Origin: Candidatus Hadarchaeota archaeon | GTDB taxonomy: Archaea; Hadarchaeota; Hadarchaeia; Hadarchaeales; Hadarchaeaceae | DNA: 23,759 bases | Reading direction: 5' to 3' | NCBI GenBank assembly: GCA_040755315.1 | Contig: JBFMBF010000018.1 | Coordinates: 1-23,759, forward strand | Shown here: positions 1 through 10,335 of the stretch, in pieces | Layout of the letters: every line of letters starts with the position of its first letter | Numbering within the stretch: the stretch's first letter is position 1 | Notes under the pieces: model-generated | Told to the model about the DNA's origin: nothing | Databases searched by the model: none | Seen by the model: only the letters and a program-made list of their open reading frames with translations | Translations under genes and position numbers: made by a program

Positions 1-80
1 ACGGCGGCGGCAAGGACGAACAAAAACGAGATTAGAAAAGATGAGAACTTCACCCAGCCCAGTTTATCACGCTTTACCAT
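1..80 (-). CDS. 5' part of a membrane/secreted protein gene running off the window edge (MVKRDKLGWVKFSSFLISFLFVLAAA...)
   Basis: ATG at 80 preceded by a GGAGG SD-like motif; open to the window edge; basic N-terminus followed by a hydrophobic stretch. Confidence 0.55.
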   Translation of the reverse strand, partial: MVKRDKLGWVKFSSFLISFLFVLAAA

Positions 81-131
81 TCAACCACGCCTCCACGATT
101 CACTTTGCCCCCTCTGCTATTAAAAATATTC

Positions 132-779
132 TTAGAGATAAATTCTTTTGGTGACCCCTATTATGCATTTTCTGGCCTCGCTAGTAAGGAACGGCCCGTG
201 GCCAGGGTACATCTGCTCTGAATCCAGTTTAGCAAGCCTGTTCAAAGAAGCGACGAGGGCTTTTTTGTCTCCTGTAGGAAGGTCCGTGCGCCCGACCCCG
301 TCGCAGAATATCGCGTCGCCCGTGAACAAGATTTTCTTCGCTGAATCGTAAAGGCTGATGCTTCCGGCAGTGTGCCCCGGGGTGTTGAGCACCTCCAAGA
401 TTATTTCCCCAAGCTTCAGCTTGTCGCCCTCCTTCAGCTCCCTCTGAACGTCCACAGACCCCATCTCCCTGCCGAACATCGAGGCGCATGTGACCTCGTT
501 GTCCCCCCTCCTGAGATAATCCGCCTCAAGCTTGTGAATCGCCACCTCGCACCCGGAAGCCTTGATGAAATCTGAATTCCCGCCCGCGTGATCGAAATGA
601 CAATGGGTATTCACAAGGAGATCTATGTCCTTCGGGCTTAACCCTGTAACCTCCATCCCCCTGACGATTTCCTCAAAAAAATCTCCGGTCCCAGCGTCAA
701 TCAAAGTCACAACCTCGTCGTCGATCAGGTAGACGTTAGAGTCAGCCGCTATGCCGTCCAACTTGTAGATTGGAGCCAC
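132..779 (-). CDS. Metallo-beta-lactamase fold hydrolase (glyoxalase II-like)
   Basis: THCHFDHAGG (HxHxDH), TPGHTAGS, FTGD and YPGHG motifs. Confidence 0.92.
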   Translation of the reverse strand: MAPIYKLDGIAADSNVYLIDDEVVTLIDAGTGDFFEEIVRGMEVTGLSPKDIDLLVNTHCHFDHAGGNSDFIKASGCEVAIHKLEADYLRRGDNEVTCASMFGREMGSVDVQRELKEGDKLKLGEIILEVLNTPGHTAGSISLYDSAKKILFTGDAIFCDGVGRTDLPTGDKKALVASLNRLAKLDSEQMYPGHGPFLTSEARKCIIGVTKRIYL

Positions 780-812
780 AAAAAAAATAAGATGCAGACA
801 ATTAAAATGTTT

Positions 813-1718
813 TCAAACGCCCCGAACCTGCAGCCTCTCCTCCGCTTTCAGTGTCTTCACGTCTATTCCCTTCATTGGCATTGGGAGGTTCTTGCTCGCC
901 TCTAGAACGGCCTCGGGCTCGTCGTAATGCCTTGTGGCCTCCACTATCGCCCGGGCCATCCTGGCGGAGTCGCTCGACTTGAATATCCCTGAACCGACAA
1001 ACACTCCGTCCACGCCCAACTGCATCACCATCGCTGCGTCGGCGGGGGTGGCTATGCCTCCGGCGCAGAACCAGACTACCGGCAGCCGCTGGATGTTCGC
1101 CGTCTCCTCCACTAGTTCAACCGGAACCCTGTACTCTCGAGCCTTGGCTTCCAGCCCATCCCGCTTGAGCCCAGCCAGCTCCGATATCTGGCGCTTGGTC
1201 AACTTTATGTGCCTTATCGCCTCGACTATGTTCCCAGTCCCGGCCTCACCCTTTGTCCTGATCATAGCTGCCCCCTCGTTGATCCGGCGCAGGGCCTCCC
1301 CTAGGTCGCGGGAGCCGCAGACGAACGGCACCTTGAACTTGCGCTTGTCAACGTGGGCCTCCTCGTCGGCGGGCGTCAAGACCTCCGACTCGTCAATCAT
1401 GTCCACACCCAGAGCCTCAAGCACCTGGGCCTCTGCGAAGTGGCCTATCCTGCACTTGGCCATAACAGGAATGGTCACCGCGTTCATTATCGCCTCGATG
1501 ACGGCTGGGTCAGCCATCCTGGCCACGCCGCCAGTTGCGCGGATGTCTGCCGGGACAGCCTGAAGCGCCATCACGGCGACGGCGCCAGCCTCCTCGGCTA
1601 TTATCGCCTGCTCAGGCATGGTAACGTCCATTATCACCCCGCCCTTCTGCATCTTGGCGAACCCGCGCTTCAGCCGCTCCGATCCAAGTACAAGTTCCAT
1701 CTCTATCCCCAACACCAT
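813..1718 (-). CDS. pdxS: Pyridoxal 5'-phosphate synthase, synthase subunit PdxS
   Basis: [50 protein letters not shown] and [11 protein letters not shown] signatures; start could be the ATG at 1700. Confidence 0.97.
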   Translation of the reverse strand: MVLGIEMELVLGSERLKRGFAKMQKGGVIMDVTMPEQAIIAEEAGAVAVMALQAVPADIRATGGVARMADPAVIEAIMNAVTIPVMAKCRIGHFAEAQVLEALGVDMIDESEVLTPADEEAHVDKRKFKVPFVCGSRDLGEALRRINEGAAMIRTKGEAGTGNIVEAIRHIKLTKRQISELAGLKRDGLEAKAREYRVPVELVEETANIQRLPVVWFCAGGIATPADAAMVMQLGVDGVFVGSGIFKSSDSARMARAIVEATRHYDEPEAVLEASKNLPMPMKGIDVKTLKAEERLQVRGV

Positions 1719-1747
1719 CTCCGCCTTTTGAATTAAAAGCTTGGAGG

Positions 1748-2779
<1,032 letters not shown>

Positions 2780-2889
2780 TCACTTTCGCTTCAGGCGGGT
2801 TTTAAGCTTGCGGTCCCAAAACCGAAAATCTGCGTCAATCTACTCAACCGCAAATGTTAAACGAGCACAAATAGTTTTCATTTGATAGA

Positions 2890-4038
2890 ATGCCCATCCA
2901 CATCGGCGAGTGTGTGTTAGGAGTCTTCGCCTTCGATGACGAGGGGAAGCTGCTCTCTTCCAGGCAGTTCCCCAGAAACCCGGCCGAGGTCGCCGGGCGC
3001 TTGGCCACCGTCCAGATGGGCAATCCAACACAAGAGCACAGAGAACTTGTCAAAGAGTTTATCAGGGACGGCATCCGGGAGTTCACACTTGAGTCAAAGC
3101 CGCTGGTCGAAAGACTGAGCAAGGAGTTCCCCAACGCCAAGTTTGAAGCGCTCATGCCAAACAAGGCAGGCTCCATCCTACGGGGAAAGTTGCAGGATGT
3201 TGCCGAGGAAGTAGGCTTCGCGGAAGTGGACGCGCTGCTGCGCGACGTCAACTTCATACTCACGCGGCACAAGCTGAAGAAGGAGGCCGCCCAGAGGGAC
3301 AGGCTGATAATCCAGTCAATCGACATCCTCGACCAGGTAGATAAATTCATCAACATCCTCACGGGGCAGGTCAGGGAGTGGTATTCCACTCATTTCCCCG
3401 AGCTGGACAGGTTGGTGCCCGACCACGAAATCTACCTGAAGCTGGTCCTAACTCTGGGCCACCGCGACAGGTTTACCTTTAGCGCTGTGCAGAGCACGGC
3501 GGGGCTTTCAGAAGACGATGCCAGAAAAATTTCCGATGAGGCTAAAAAGTCCCTCGGGGCGCCGTTCGACGATGTTGACATCGCGGCGGTTCAAGAATCC
3601 ATCCAAGAGATAATGGGTCTGCAGGTGCTGAGAGGCAAGGTGTCCGAATACATTGAGGGGTTGATGGCACAGATAGCGCCGAACATCAGGGCGGTTATCG
3701 GGGGGGCCATAGGGGCAAGACTCATATCAAAGGCCGGGGGGCTCGAGAGGCTGTCCCGCATGCCCGCAAGCACCATACAAGTTCTGGGGGCGGAAAAAGC
3801 CCTGTTCAGGGCAATCAGGACCAAAGCGCGGCCACCCAAACACGGGTTGATCTACCAGCATCCGGAAATCAAGGGGGCGCCCAGGAAGCTGCGTGGGAAG
3901 ATAGCGAGGTCAATCTCCGGAAAGATAGCTATAGCCTCCAGAGTCGACGCCATGTCTGGGGAGTTTGTTGGAGACAAGCTTGCAGCCAATATCAAGGCCA
4001 GGATAGTGAACGTCAGGGCGGCGGAGGAAATAAAATGA
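2890..4038 (+). CDS. nop5: Box C/D sRNP protein Nop5 (Nop56/58)
   Basis: REWYSTHFPEL, IAPN, GARLI..AGGL, PASTIQVLGAEKALF and PPKHGLIYQHP; overlaps the fibrillarin start (ATGA/TAA region). Confidence 0.96.
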   Translation: MPIHIGECVLGVFAFDDEGKLLSSRQFPRNPAEVAGRLATVQMGNPTQEHRELVKEFIRDGIREFTLESKPLVERLSKEFPNAKFEALMPNKAGSILRGKLQDVAEEVGFAEVDALLRDVNFILTRHKLKKEAAQRDRLIIQSIDILDQVDKFINILTGQVREWYSTHFPELDRLVPDHEIYLKLVLTLGHRDRFTFSAVQSTAGLSEDDARKISDEAKKSLGAPFDDVDIAAVQESIQEIMGLQVLRGKVSEYIEGLMAQIAPNIRAVIGGAIGARLISKAGGLERLSRMPASTIQVLGAEKALFRAIRTKARPPKHGLIYQHPEIKGAPRKLRGKIARSISGKIAIASRVDAMSGEFVGDKLAANIKARIVNVRAAEEIK

Positions 4039-4715
4039 AAGCCATCGTGCACGACAAGTTTGGGTCAGTTTACTGGATTGAATTTGACGATGGGACGAAG
4101 AAGCTCGCCACGACCAACCTCGCTCGGGGCAGCCAGGTCTACGGAGAGAAGTTGCTTGATGTCGATGGGCAGGAGTACAGGCTTTGGGACCCATACAGGA
4201 GCAAATTGGCCGCAGCTGTGCTGAAAAACATTAAAGAAATGCCGATAAAAAAGGGAAACTCCATTCTCTACCTCGGAGCCGCAAGCGGGACCACTGCCTC
4301 GCATGTTTCAGACATCATAGGCGACAAAGGCTGCTTGTATTGCGTGGAGGTCTCGTCCCGCCCCATGAGGGACCTTCTGGTAGTTTCCGGACGCCGACCA
4401 AACATGATGCCCATCTTGGCGGACGCGCGGCAGGCCAGCAGTTACTGCTCAATCGTGAAAAATGTCGACGTGATTTATCAGGATGTGGCGCAGCCGGATC
4501 AGACGGAGATTCTTCTTTCGAATGCCCGGGCTTTCCTCATGGAAGGCGGGCACGCAATGCTAGCGCTGAAGGCCAGAAGCATCGATGTGACAAAAGAACC
4601 GCGTGAAATCTTCAGGGATGAGATGGACAAACTGGAGAAGGAGATGGACATCCTGGACGCGAAGACCCTCGACCCGTACGAGAAGGACCACGCGATGGTT
4701 GTGCTCCAGAAGTAA
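4035..4715 (+). CDS. flpA: Fibrillarin-like rRNA/tRNA 2'-O-methyltransferase
   Basis: VYGEK, YRLWDPYRSKLAA, LYLGAASGTTASHVSD, DVAQPDQ, KARSIDVT and LDPYEKDH. Confidence 0.97.
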   Translation: MKAIVHDKFGSVYWIEFDDGTKKLATTNLARGSQVYGEKLLDVDGQEYRLWDPYRSKLAAAVLKNIKEMPIKKGNSILYLGAASGTTASHVSDIIGDKGCLYCVEVSSRPMRDLLVVSGRRPNMMPILADARQASSYCSIVKNVDVIYQDVAQPDQTEILLSNARAFLMEGGHAMLALKARSIDVTKEPREIFRDEMDKLEKEMDILDAKTLDPYEKDHAMVVLQK

Positions 4716-4733
4716 CACTAAAAATAAAACTTC

Positions 4734-5186
4734 ATGGAGAAAAACATGTTCAGGACTGGAAACCCGGTGCTGAAGGACCAGGTGGCCACTTGGGAGAGCG
4801 CGGCAACTCCAGCAGACGCCATGACCATAAGTGGCACAGTAAACAAAACTCTGCTGTTGCTGGGGATATTGGTCGTCGGCGCATTCGTGGCTTGGAGCCT
4901 TACTCTGACGGTAACGGCTTGCGTTTTTTCTGGAGCGATTGTTGCACTGATTTTTGGTTTTGTGACAATCTTCATAAAAAGTTTGGCCTGGATCACCTCA
5001 CCCATCTACGCTTTTGCAGGGGGTTTGGTTCTGGGCGGAATCTCAAAATACTTTGAAATGGTATATCCTGGTATCGTTAGTTTGGTTGTATTTAGAAATA
5101 CTCCGGCTTTTGGCAAAAATAAGAAGAAGATGAGTAGCTCGCGGCTCAGCGGGTGGTTACCTCGCAACCCTGCTCAGTCACGATGA
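4734..5186 (+). pseudogene. Probably truncated Bax inhibitor-1/YccA-like (BaxI_1) membrane protein
   Basis: N-terminal GNPVL...MTISGTVNKTLLLL and hydrophobic helices up to YPGIV resemble the family; the tail is non-hydrophobic and overlaps the map 3' end on the opposite strand. Confidence 0.6.
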
Positions 5187-6054
5187 CAGTGTGCTCGGCC
5201 TGCGCAACCTTCCCATTTCCACGCTCCGCCAGAACGTAGTATGGCCAGAGGGCCGCGCTGCCCACCAGCTCTCTCAGGGTCAGCTCAAGTCTCAGCTTGG
5301 ACATCCTCTTGGCCAGCCACCTTTCTGCGAATGGCAAGCTGTTGTACTCTTTTTTGATGTCCCTCAGAAGCTCTCGCGACATGCGCAGGCGGGTTGGGAT
5401 GTCCCGGAGGTGGCGGTAAATGTAAACTTTCTTCTGATCTTCAACATATCCGGTGCCATCTGTTGCAAAAGGTTCTATGGCCAGAACATCCCCGGCGTTC
5501 AGCTTCACTCCCGTCTCCCCAGCGATGTTTGGGACTGTTATGCCGGCGTGGAGATCCCATCTTGCCAAGCTGTGGCCCGTGAGGTTCCTTATGGGCTTGA
5601 AGCCAGCTGCCGTTATTGTTTCTTCCACGACGCGGCCGATTTCTCCCAAGTCGACGCCCGGCTTCACGACCGTTATGGCCGCCTCCAAGGCTTTCTCTGC
5701 CGCACCGACCATCTCCGCCTTTGTTCCAGCAGCAAAAGTGAAAGCAGTGTCGGCGATGTACCCGTCCAGGTGGGCCCCGATGTCGACCTTCACCATGTCG
5801 CCCTCCTTTATTACAGAATCATCGTTGGCTGTCGGGCTGTAGTGGGCTGCAACGTCATTGAAACAAACGTTGCACGGAAAGGCTGGCTTCGCCCCCTTCT
5901 GCCTGACTAGCTCCTCGGCCTTCTCGGCGATTTCCAATGCCTTGGCGCCCACTTTAACCATCGGCCTTATTTCCTCGCGGACGGCCGCCAGGAGCTTGCC
6001 CACATCACGATATTTCTGCAGCTCTTCTTCACCCAGCACTCGAAACACCGACAT
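5146..6054 (-). CDS. map: Methionine aminopeptidase type II
   Basis: AFPCN, AAHYSP, KVDIGAHLDGYIADTA, NLTGH, AIEPFAT and AQAEHTV metal-ligand motifs, with the type II insertion. Confidence 0.97.
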   Translation of the reverse strand: MSVFRVLGEEELQKYRDVGKLLAAVREEIRPMVKVGAKALEIAEKAEELVRQKGAKPAFPCNVCFNDVAAHYSPTANDDSVIKEGDMVKVDIGAHLDGYIADTAFTFAAGTKAEMVGAAEKALEAAITVVKPGVDLGEIGRVVEETITAAGFKPIRNLTGHSLARWDLHAGITVPNIAGETGVKLNAGDVLAIEPFATDGTGYVEDQKKVYIYRHLRDIPTRLRMSRELLRDIKKEYNSLPFAERWLAKRMSKLRLELTLRELVGSAALWPYYVLAERGNGKVAQAEHTVIVTEQGCEVTTR

Positions 6055-6125
6055 CTGTTAACAACTGCCAGAATAAAAACTCTGGGTGGACCGAAAAGTC
6101 GTTTAATCCCGCGGTTGAATGGAGT

Positions 6126-6530
6126 GTGATGAAAGAAACGTTCCTGACCAGGGCCCAGCAGAAGGTGCTTGAACTGAAAAAGATGGGCATGACCCAGGCG
6201 GAGATAGCGCGGGTTCTGCAGACTTCCAGGGCAAATGTTTCAATACTTGAGAAGCGTGCGAGAGAAAACATCGCGCGGGCTGAGCGGACGGTCAAGCTCG
6301 CGGAGAGACTCAGGGCGCCTGTCGTTATAAAAGTCGAGGCTGGAGCGGACCTTTTCTCAATCCCCAAGCTCCTCTTCAAAGCCGCCGACAGGGGCAAAAT
6401 ACAGGTCAAACTGACGGCTCCAGAGATAATCGCAAAAATTCAGCGCGAGCTTGGCGATAAGATGCGCGGGAGATCCGTTAAAGATTATTTTGAAATGGCC
6501 GTGACTGCTGAAGGCGAAGTCATTTTATGA
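6126..6530 (+). CDS. Tfx-family HTH DNA-binding protein
   Basis: LT..QQKVLEL..MGMTQAEIA..LQTSRANVSILEKRARENI, typical of the Tfx N-terminal HTH; TTTAAT TATA-like box near 6102. Confidence 0.85.
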   Translation: MMKETFLTRAQQKVLELKKMGMTQAEIARVLQTSRANVSILEKRARENIARAERTVKLAERLRAPVVIKVEAGADLFSIPKLLFKAADRGKIQVKLTAPEIIAKIQRELGDKMRGRSVKDYFEMAVTAEGEVIL

Positions 6531-8946
6531 ACTTCTCCAGCCCCGTCTGCTTGTGTTTTTCAAACTTCAGATCACTCTCGTTGTAGCCCAGAACTTCCAT
6601 TATCCTCATGACCGCGGGCAGGATTTGGTTGTCGACATAATAATCGGCGTCGTACTTCATCCCTTTGAAATCATCGACCGGGATGGCTCGCTCACTGATG
6701 CTCCCCGCCCCTTTTGTTTCTATGTATGCTATCATCATTCCCGGCTCGATTGGCACTCCTTTCTCCTTCAGTTTCTTGGCCGCTGCAACATGCGGACCGA
6801 TTGCCCTGTAGCTCTCAATCGGCATCTTCAGCTGTGTGTAAATTATCAGGTCGTCCAACTCTACCTTGTCCTCATAAACATTTTTTGTGACCTCTTTCAC
6901 TATCTTCGCCGCTTTTTCCCTGGAGCCATCGCGCAGGATTGCTTCCAACACGGCCTCCTGCGTGCGCTTGGCGAGGGCCGCCCAGTCGCGCCGCACGAAC
7001 TCCAAACCTTTCACGACCATCCTGCCGTCCTCTCCGATCATGGCGTAGCGCTTCTTTGTGACGAAGACGCCTCGCTTGTAAAAACCCTCCAGCTCTAGCT
7101 CGATGATGCCAGGCAGGCTTTCGTTTATCCGCTTCAAAAATTCAGCGGCGTCATTTTTGCTTTTGCCCTCCAGCTTGCAAAAGAGGGAGTCTGTGTCTCC
7201 GTAAATCACCTCGAGGCCGGCGTTCCGCGCCATCTCGATTGTTTTGTAGATGTAATTCCTTCCGAAGCTCGTGACGCTCTCGGCTGCTTCCTTGGAGTAC
7301 CAGCGCGCCCGCGGGTAGGCCAGCATCCCGTAAAAAGAGTTTGAGAGTACCTTCAGAGCCCACTGCCTGGCGTTCATAGATTCATACTCGCGCGTCCCCT
7401 TCCGGAGATTCTTCAGCTCGGCCTTCAGTTCTGACCTAGCTTTAACGACCTTCTCGACGATGCCTGGGAGGAACCCTTTCCTGCCTTTGCATATGTGGTA
7501 GCCAAGCTCCGGGACAACAATCGCCTCGCTCTTCTTGCAGCAGTTGCAGTTGACGGTCGACGGGTCTATGTTGTGGGTGACGATGATTGAGGGGTACAGC
7601 GACCTGAAGTCAAACACCACGATGTCTTCATGGTATCCTTTGATTGGCTCCATGACATAGGCCCCTACAAACGTTTCCTCCACCCGTTCCTCCAAATCTT
7701 CCGCCACGGGCCTAGCCGGGATGAGCTCGCCCCTCCTGTGGGCCTCCGCCATCAGAAGCCATTCCACAAGCTGCCCCGACGTCATCCTGCTCACGTCGAA
7801 GAGTGACTGGCCCACCAGCTTCGTCAGTTCAATGAAGAGAGGCAGCATCTCCAGCCCCAGCTCTAGGGTGGCGTCCGCGTCAGACATTGAGTACTCGACC
7901 AGCTCCTTCCACAGCTCCCCTCCCTTCTCCCAAGCGTCGACGAACTTTGTGAACTCAAAATCAGGCTTCTTCTTCCCGAGCATGTGGAGGTAGATGTCCT
8001 CGAGGGTGTAGTGGATTAGCCTTATGTTCCCTATCGAAGCCAAGAAGCTCACCATGCTGAAGACGTCTACATGAACCCGCCCCCTTATTCTGGTCGCCGT
8101 GGCGAAGCGCCTTCTTTTGGAAACGACTTCCGAGCCGTCCCTTCCCAGCGTGAGCTTTAGCTTCAGCTGCTTCGCGCGCTCCTTGATGTAAGGAAAGTCG
8201 AAGAGGTCTGTGTTGTACCCCATGAGGATGTCAACGTCCCTTTCCTGGACTATTTGGATGAACCTCTCAAGCATCTCCCGTTCGCTCTTGACGACCTCCA
8301 CATAGCTGGGGCCGGTCTTCACAACTTTCCAGGTTATAACCCTGCGGAACCCCCTGTTGTCTGCCAGGCTCATCATGATTATCGGGTCTTTGCCGGGGCG
8401 GGGGCTTCCAGCCGGATTGTAGACCTCTATGTCAAAGCTCATCACGTTCAGTTTCGGCTCCGGAACCTGGGCTGGCACCGGAGCAGCGTCCAGCATCAGA
8501 GTTTTCAGCCCCCCCCTGGACTCTTCCTTACCAGACGCGTCCACGCCTCCCATAGGGGCGAGGCCGGAAACCATGAGGTACCTTCGGGCGGGAGGGATGT
8601 CGTGCTCATAAATCTCCACCCCAGGAACCTCGTTTCTTATGGCATGGTGGAGGGCCGACACATCATCGGGGTGGTGCATGGAAACTTTCACCACATCAAG
8701 CTCGCGGCCGAGGCGGAACCTCTTGACCACTTCCACCGACTTTGGCCGGACTGCCCTTCCGTGTTCCGCGGGCGCAAGCTTCAAAATAATCTTTTGTGCT
8801 TTTCTCGGATCTTCCGCCTCAACGAAGAAGAACTGCTCAAATGTCTGGTCCAGCGCCGCCCAAGCCGCCTCACCTTTGAAATAAAGGCGGACGACTGGCT
8901 GTTCCTCCTCCTCGGAGCAGTCGACGTCCAGCAGCAGGCCCTTCAT
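6520..8946 (-). CDS. polB: Archaeal family B DNA polymerase (PolB3), intein-free
   Basis: Exonuclease motifs FDIE, YNTDLFD and Y..SD; polymerase motifs DFRSLYPSII, K..SNSFYG, YGDTDS and KKRY; C-terminal PIP-box-like QTGLEKF. Confidence 0.97.
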   Translation of the reverse strand: MKGLLLDVDCSEEEEQPVVRLYFKGEAAWAALDQTFEQFFFVEAEDPRKAQKIILKLAPAEHGRAVRPKSVEVVKRFRLGRELDVVKVSMHHPDDVSALHHAIRNEVPGVEIYEHDIPPARRYLMVSGLAPMGGVDASGKEESRGGLKTLMLDAAPVPAQVPEPKLNVMSFDIEVYNPAGSPRPGKDPIIMMSLADNRGFRRVITWKVVKTGPSYVEVVKSEREMLERFIQIVQERDVDILMGYNTDLFDFPYIKERAKQLKLKLTLGRDGSEVVSKRRRFATATRIRGRVHVDVFSMVSFLASIGNIRLIHYTLEDIYLHMLGKKKPDFEFTKFVDAWEKGGELWKELVEYSMSDADATLELGLEMLPLFIELTKLVGQSLFDVSRMTSGQLVEWLLMAEAHRRGELIPARPVAEDLEERVEETFVGAYVMEPIKGYHEDIVVFDFRSLYPSIIVTHNIDPSTVNCNCCKKSEAIVVPELGYHICKGRKGFLPGIVEKVVKARSELKAELKNLRKGTREYESMNARQWALKVLSNSFYGMLAYPRARWYSKEAAESVTSFGRNYIYKTIEMARNAGLEVIYGDTDSLFCKLEGKSKNDAAEFLKRINESLPGIIELELEGFYKRGVFVTKKRYAMIGEDGRMVVKGLEFVRRDWAALAKRTQEAVLEAILRDGSREKAAKIVKEVTKNVYEDKVELDDLIIYTQLKMPIESYRAIGPHVAAAKKLKEKGVPIEPGMMIAYIETKGAGSISERAIPVDDFKGMKYDADYYVDNQILPAVMRIMEVLGYNESDLKFEKHKQTGLEKFIK

Positions 8947-8991
8947 GTCACCATAGAGAATTCAACCGCGGGGGATAAATGCTCTGTAAGC

Positions 8992-9196
8992 GGCGGGAGC
9001 GAAGGCCCTGCTGTAACAACCGCAAGCCCAGAACGTGGGGATTCCGTTGCCCGCGATTTCCAGAGTGGACCTAGCCCACATCACTACCTCGCACATGGGA
9101 GGTGCTGTTCGCAGTTATCCGTGTCAGCCACGTCGACTGCGTACTCCGAAGTCGTTGGACTCCGGTAAGGCCAGTTATGCGGGTCTTGCTCCCGCC
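8992..9196 (-). ncRNA. Candidate structured non-coding RNA (~205 nt), family not recognised
   Basis: Terminal inverted repeat GGCGGGAGC (8992-9000)/GCTCCCGCC (9188-9196) extends into a long irregular stem enclosing four hairpins. Most G-U wobbles fall on the minus strand. TATA-like ATAAATA lies ~25 nt upstream on the minus strand. Confidence 0.5.
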
Positions 9197-9230
9197 AAAA
9201 TTAATTATCTCTGGAAATATTTATCTCTGC

Positions 9231-9301
9231 TGGTGGGGCGACGGTGTATGCTGAGCATCCGTGCGTCCACAAATATCTGTCCTAGCCAGCCCGGATCGCC
9301 C
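9231..9301 (-). ncRNA. Candidate small structured RNA (~70 nt) ending in ACCA
   Basis: Terminal stem GGGCGA..CGG/CCG.UCGCCC; CTTAAAAG box 20-27 nt upstream; no canonical tRNA arms. Confidence 0.25.
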
Positions 9302-9320
9302 TTGTCCAATTTTCTCCAAG

Positions 9321-9328
9321 CTTTTAAG
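9321..9328. promoter_or_regulatory. TATA box (CTTTTAAG) for the metE operon, possibly bidirectional
   Basis: Lies ~27-34 nt upstream of the ATG at 9355, typical spacing for a near-leaderless archaeal transcript. Confidence 0.5.
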
Positions 9329-9354
9329 ACCAAGTGCCCATCTGAGTTGGTTGC

Positions 9355-10335
9355 ATGGAAATAATGGCCGCCAACCACAGCAGCTACCCGCGGATAGGCG
9401 ACGGCCTGGAGCAGCAGGCCCACAGGCAGGCCTATTCCAAACGAGAAAAAGGAGAAATCTCCGAGGAGGAGTTCGAGCGGGTGCTGGAGAAGGTGGCCAA
9501 AGAGGCGATTGAAGAGCAGGTGGGGGCGGGGCTTGAGCTAGTCACGGACGGCTTGATCAGGTGGTATGACCCCATCTCACATTTCTCCCGAGGGTTCGGA
9601 TGCGATGTCAACGGCCTACTCAGATTTTTCGACACGAACTTCTACTTCAGACAGCCGATTGTGAATGGGAAAGTTTCCTGGAAGGGGCCAACGGTTGTCA
9701 GGGAGTTCAGCTTCGCAAAGGGGGTCTCGCCGAAGCCTGTGAAGGCTGTTGTCACCGGCCCCTACACATTGGCCAAACTTTCGATTAACCGCAGCGGCGC
9801 AGATATAAAATCTCTGGCTGAATCGTTCGCCGGCGCTGTGGCCCGTGAGGTGAAGGAACTCTCCAAGGCCGGCGCCGGAATAATACAAGTCGAGGAGCCC
9901 GCCATACTGAAAAACACGGATGACATTGGAATTTTCACATCGGCAATAGAAGATGTCGCTGATGAAAGAGGGCAGGCCGAAATCATGCTTTGCACATACT
10001 TTGGGGATGCTTCGCCGATCTACTCCGAGCTGGTGGAGCTCCCTGTTGACGGGCTGGGGTTCGACTTCACATACAGCCCCTGCCTGGCTGATGAAATAAT
10101 CATGGAGGGGTGCGACAAGAACCTAGGGTTAGGCGTCATCGATGGGCGAAACACAAAAATGGACCAGACGCGGGAAGTTCTTGGGCTGCTTGAGAAGATA
10201 CTTCCAAAAGTCAGGAGCGCGCGCGTGTATCTGACTCCATCCTGCGGGATAGGGGACTATCTGCCCAGGGAAGTGGCTTTCAAGAAACTTCAAAAGGTGG
10301 CAGAGGTTGCCAAAAAAGCGGAGGAGTTGATATGA
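9355..10335 (+). CDS. Cobalamin-independent methionine synthase, N-terminal-half-like subunit (split MetE)
   Basis: SYPRIG, TDGLIRW.D, RFFDTNFYFRQP, TGPYTLA, QVEEP, TYFGD, GVIDGRNT and PSCG; lacks the HxC zinc ligands. Confidence 0.85.
   Translation: MEIMAANHSSYPRIGDGLEQQAHRQAYSKREKGEISEEEFERVLEKVAKEAIEEQVGAGLELVTDGLIRWYDPISHFSRGFGCDVNGLLRFFDTNFYFRQPIVNGKVSWKGPTVVREFSFAKGVSPKPVKAVVTGPYTLAKLSINRSGADIKSLAESFAGAVAREVKELSKAGAGIIQVEEPAILKNTDDIGIFTSAIEDVADERGQAEIMLCTYFGDASPIYSELVELPVDGLGFDFTYSPCLADEIIMEGCDKNLGLGVIDGRNTKMDQTREVLGLLEKILPKVRSARVYLTPSCGIGDYLPREVAFKKLQKVAEVAKKAEELI

Noticed and set aside
6520..8946. Intein in PolB
   Set aside because: Length (808 aa) is normal and the catalytic motifs are contiguous.
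8992..9196. MITE with terminal inverted repeats
   Set aside because: No target-site duplication and no second copy in the window; internal pairing with wobbles fits an RNA better. Not fully excluded without a genome-wide search.
9231..9301. Bona fide tRNA gene
   Set aside because: No TTCRA T-loop and no proper anticodon arm; first acceptor pair mismatched.
8947..9354. SAM, cobalamin or fluoride riboswitch for metE; RNase P, SRP or 5S RNA
   Set aside because: Conserved cores (e.g. GAGGAAAGUCC, CAGG-GNRA-AGCA, B12 box) are not visible, and a TATA box just before metE suggests a very short leader.
9035..9423. ORFs 9035-9364 (+) and 9205-9423 (-)
   Set aside because: No recognisable motifs or SD; they overlap promoter elements and the metE start.
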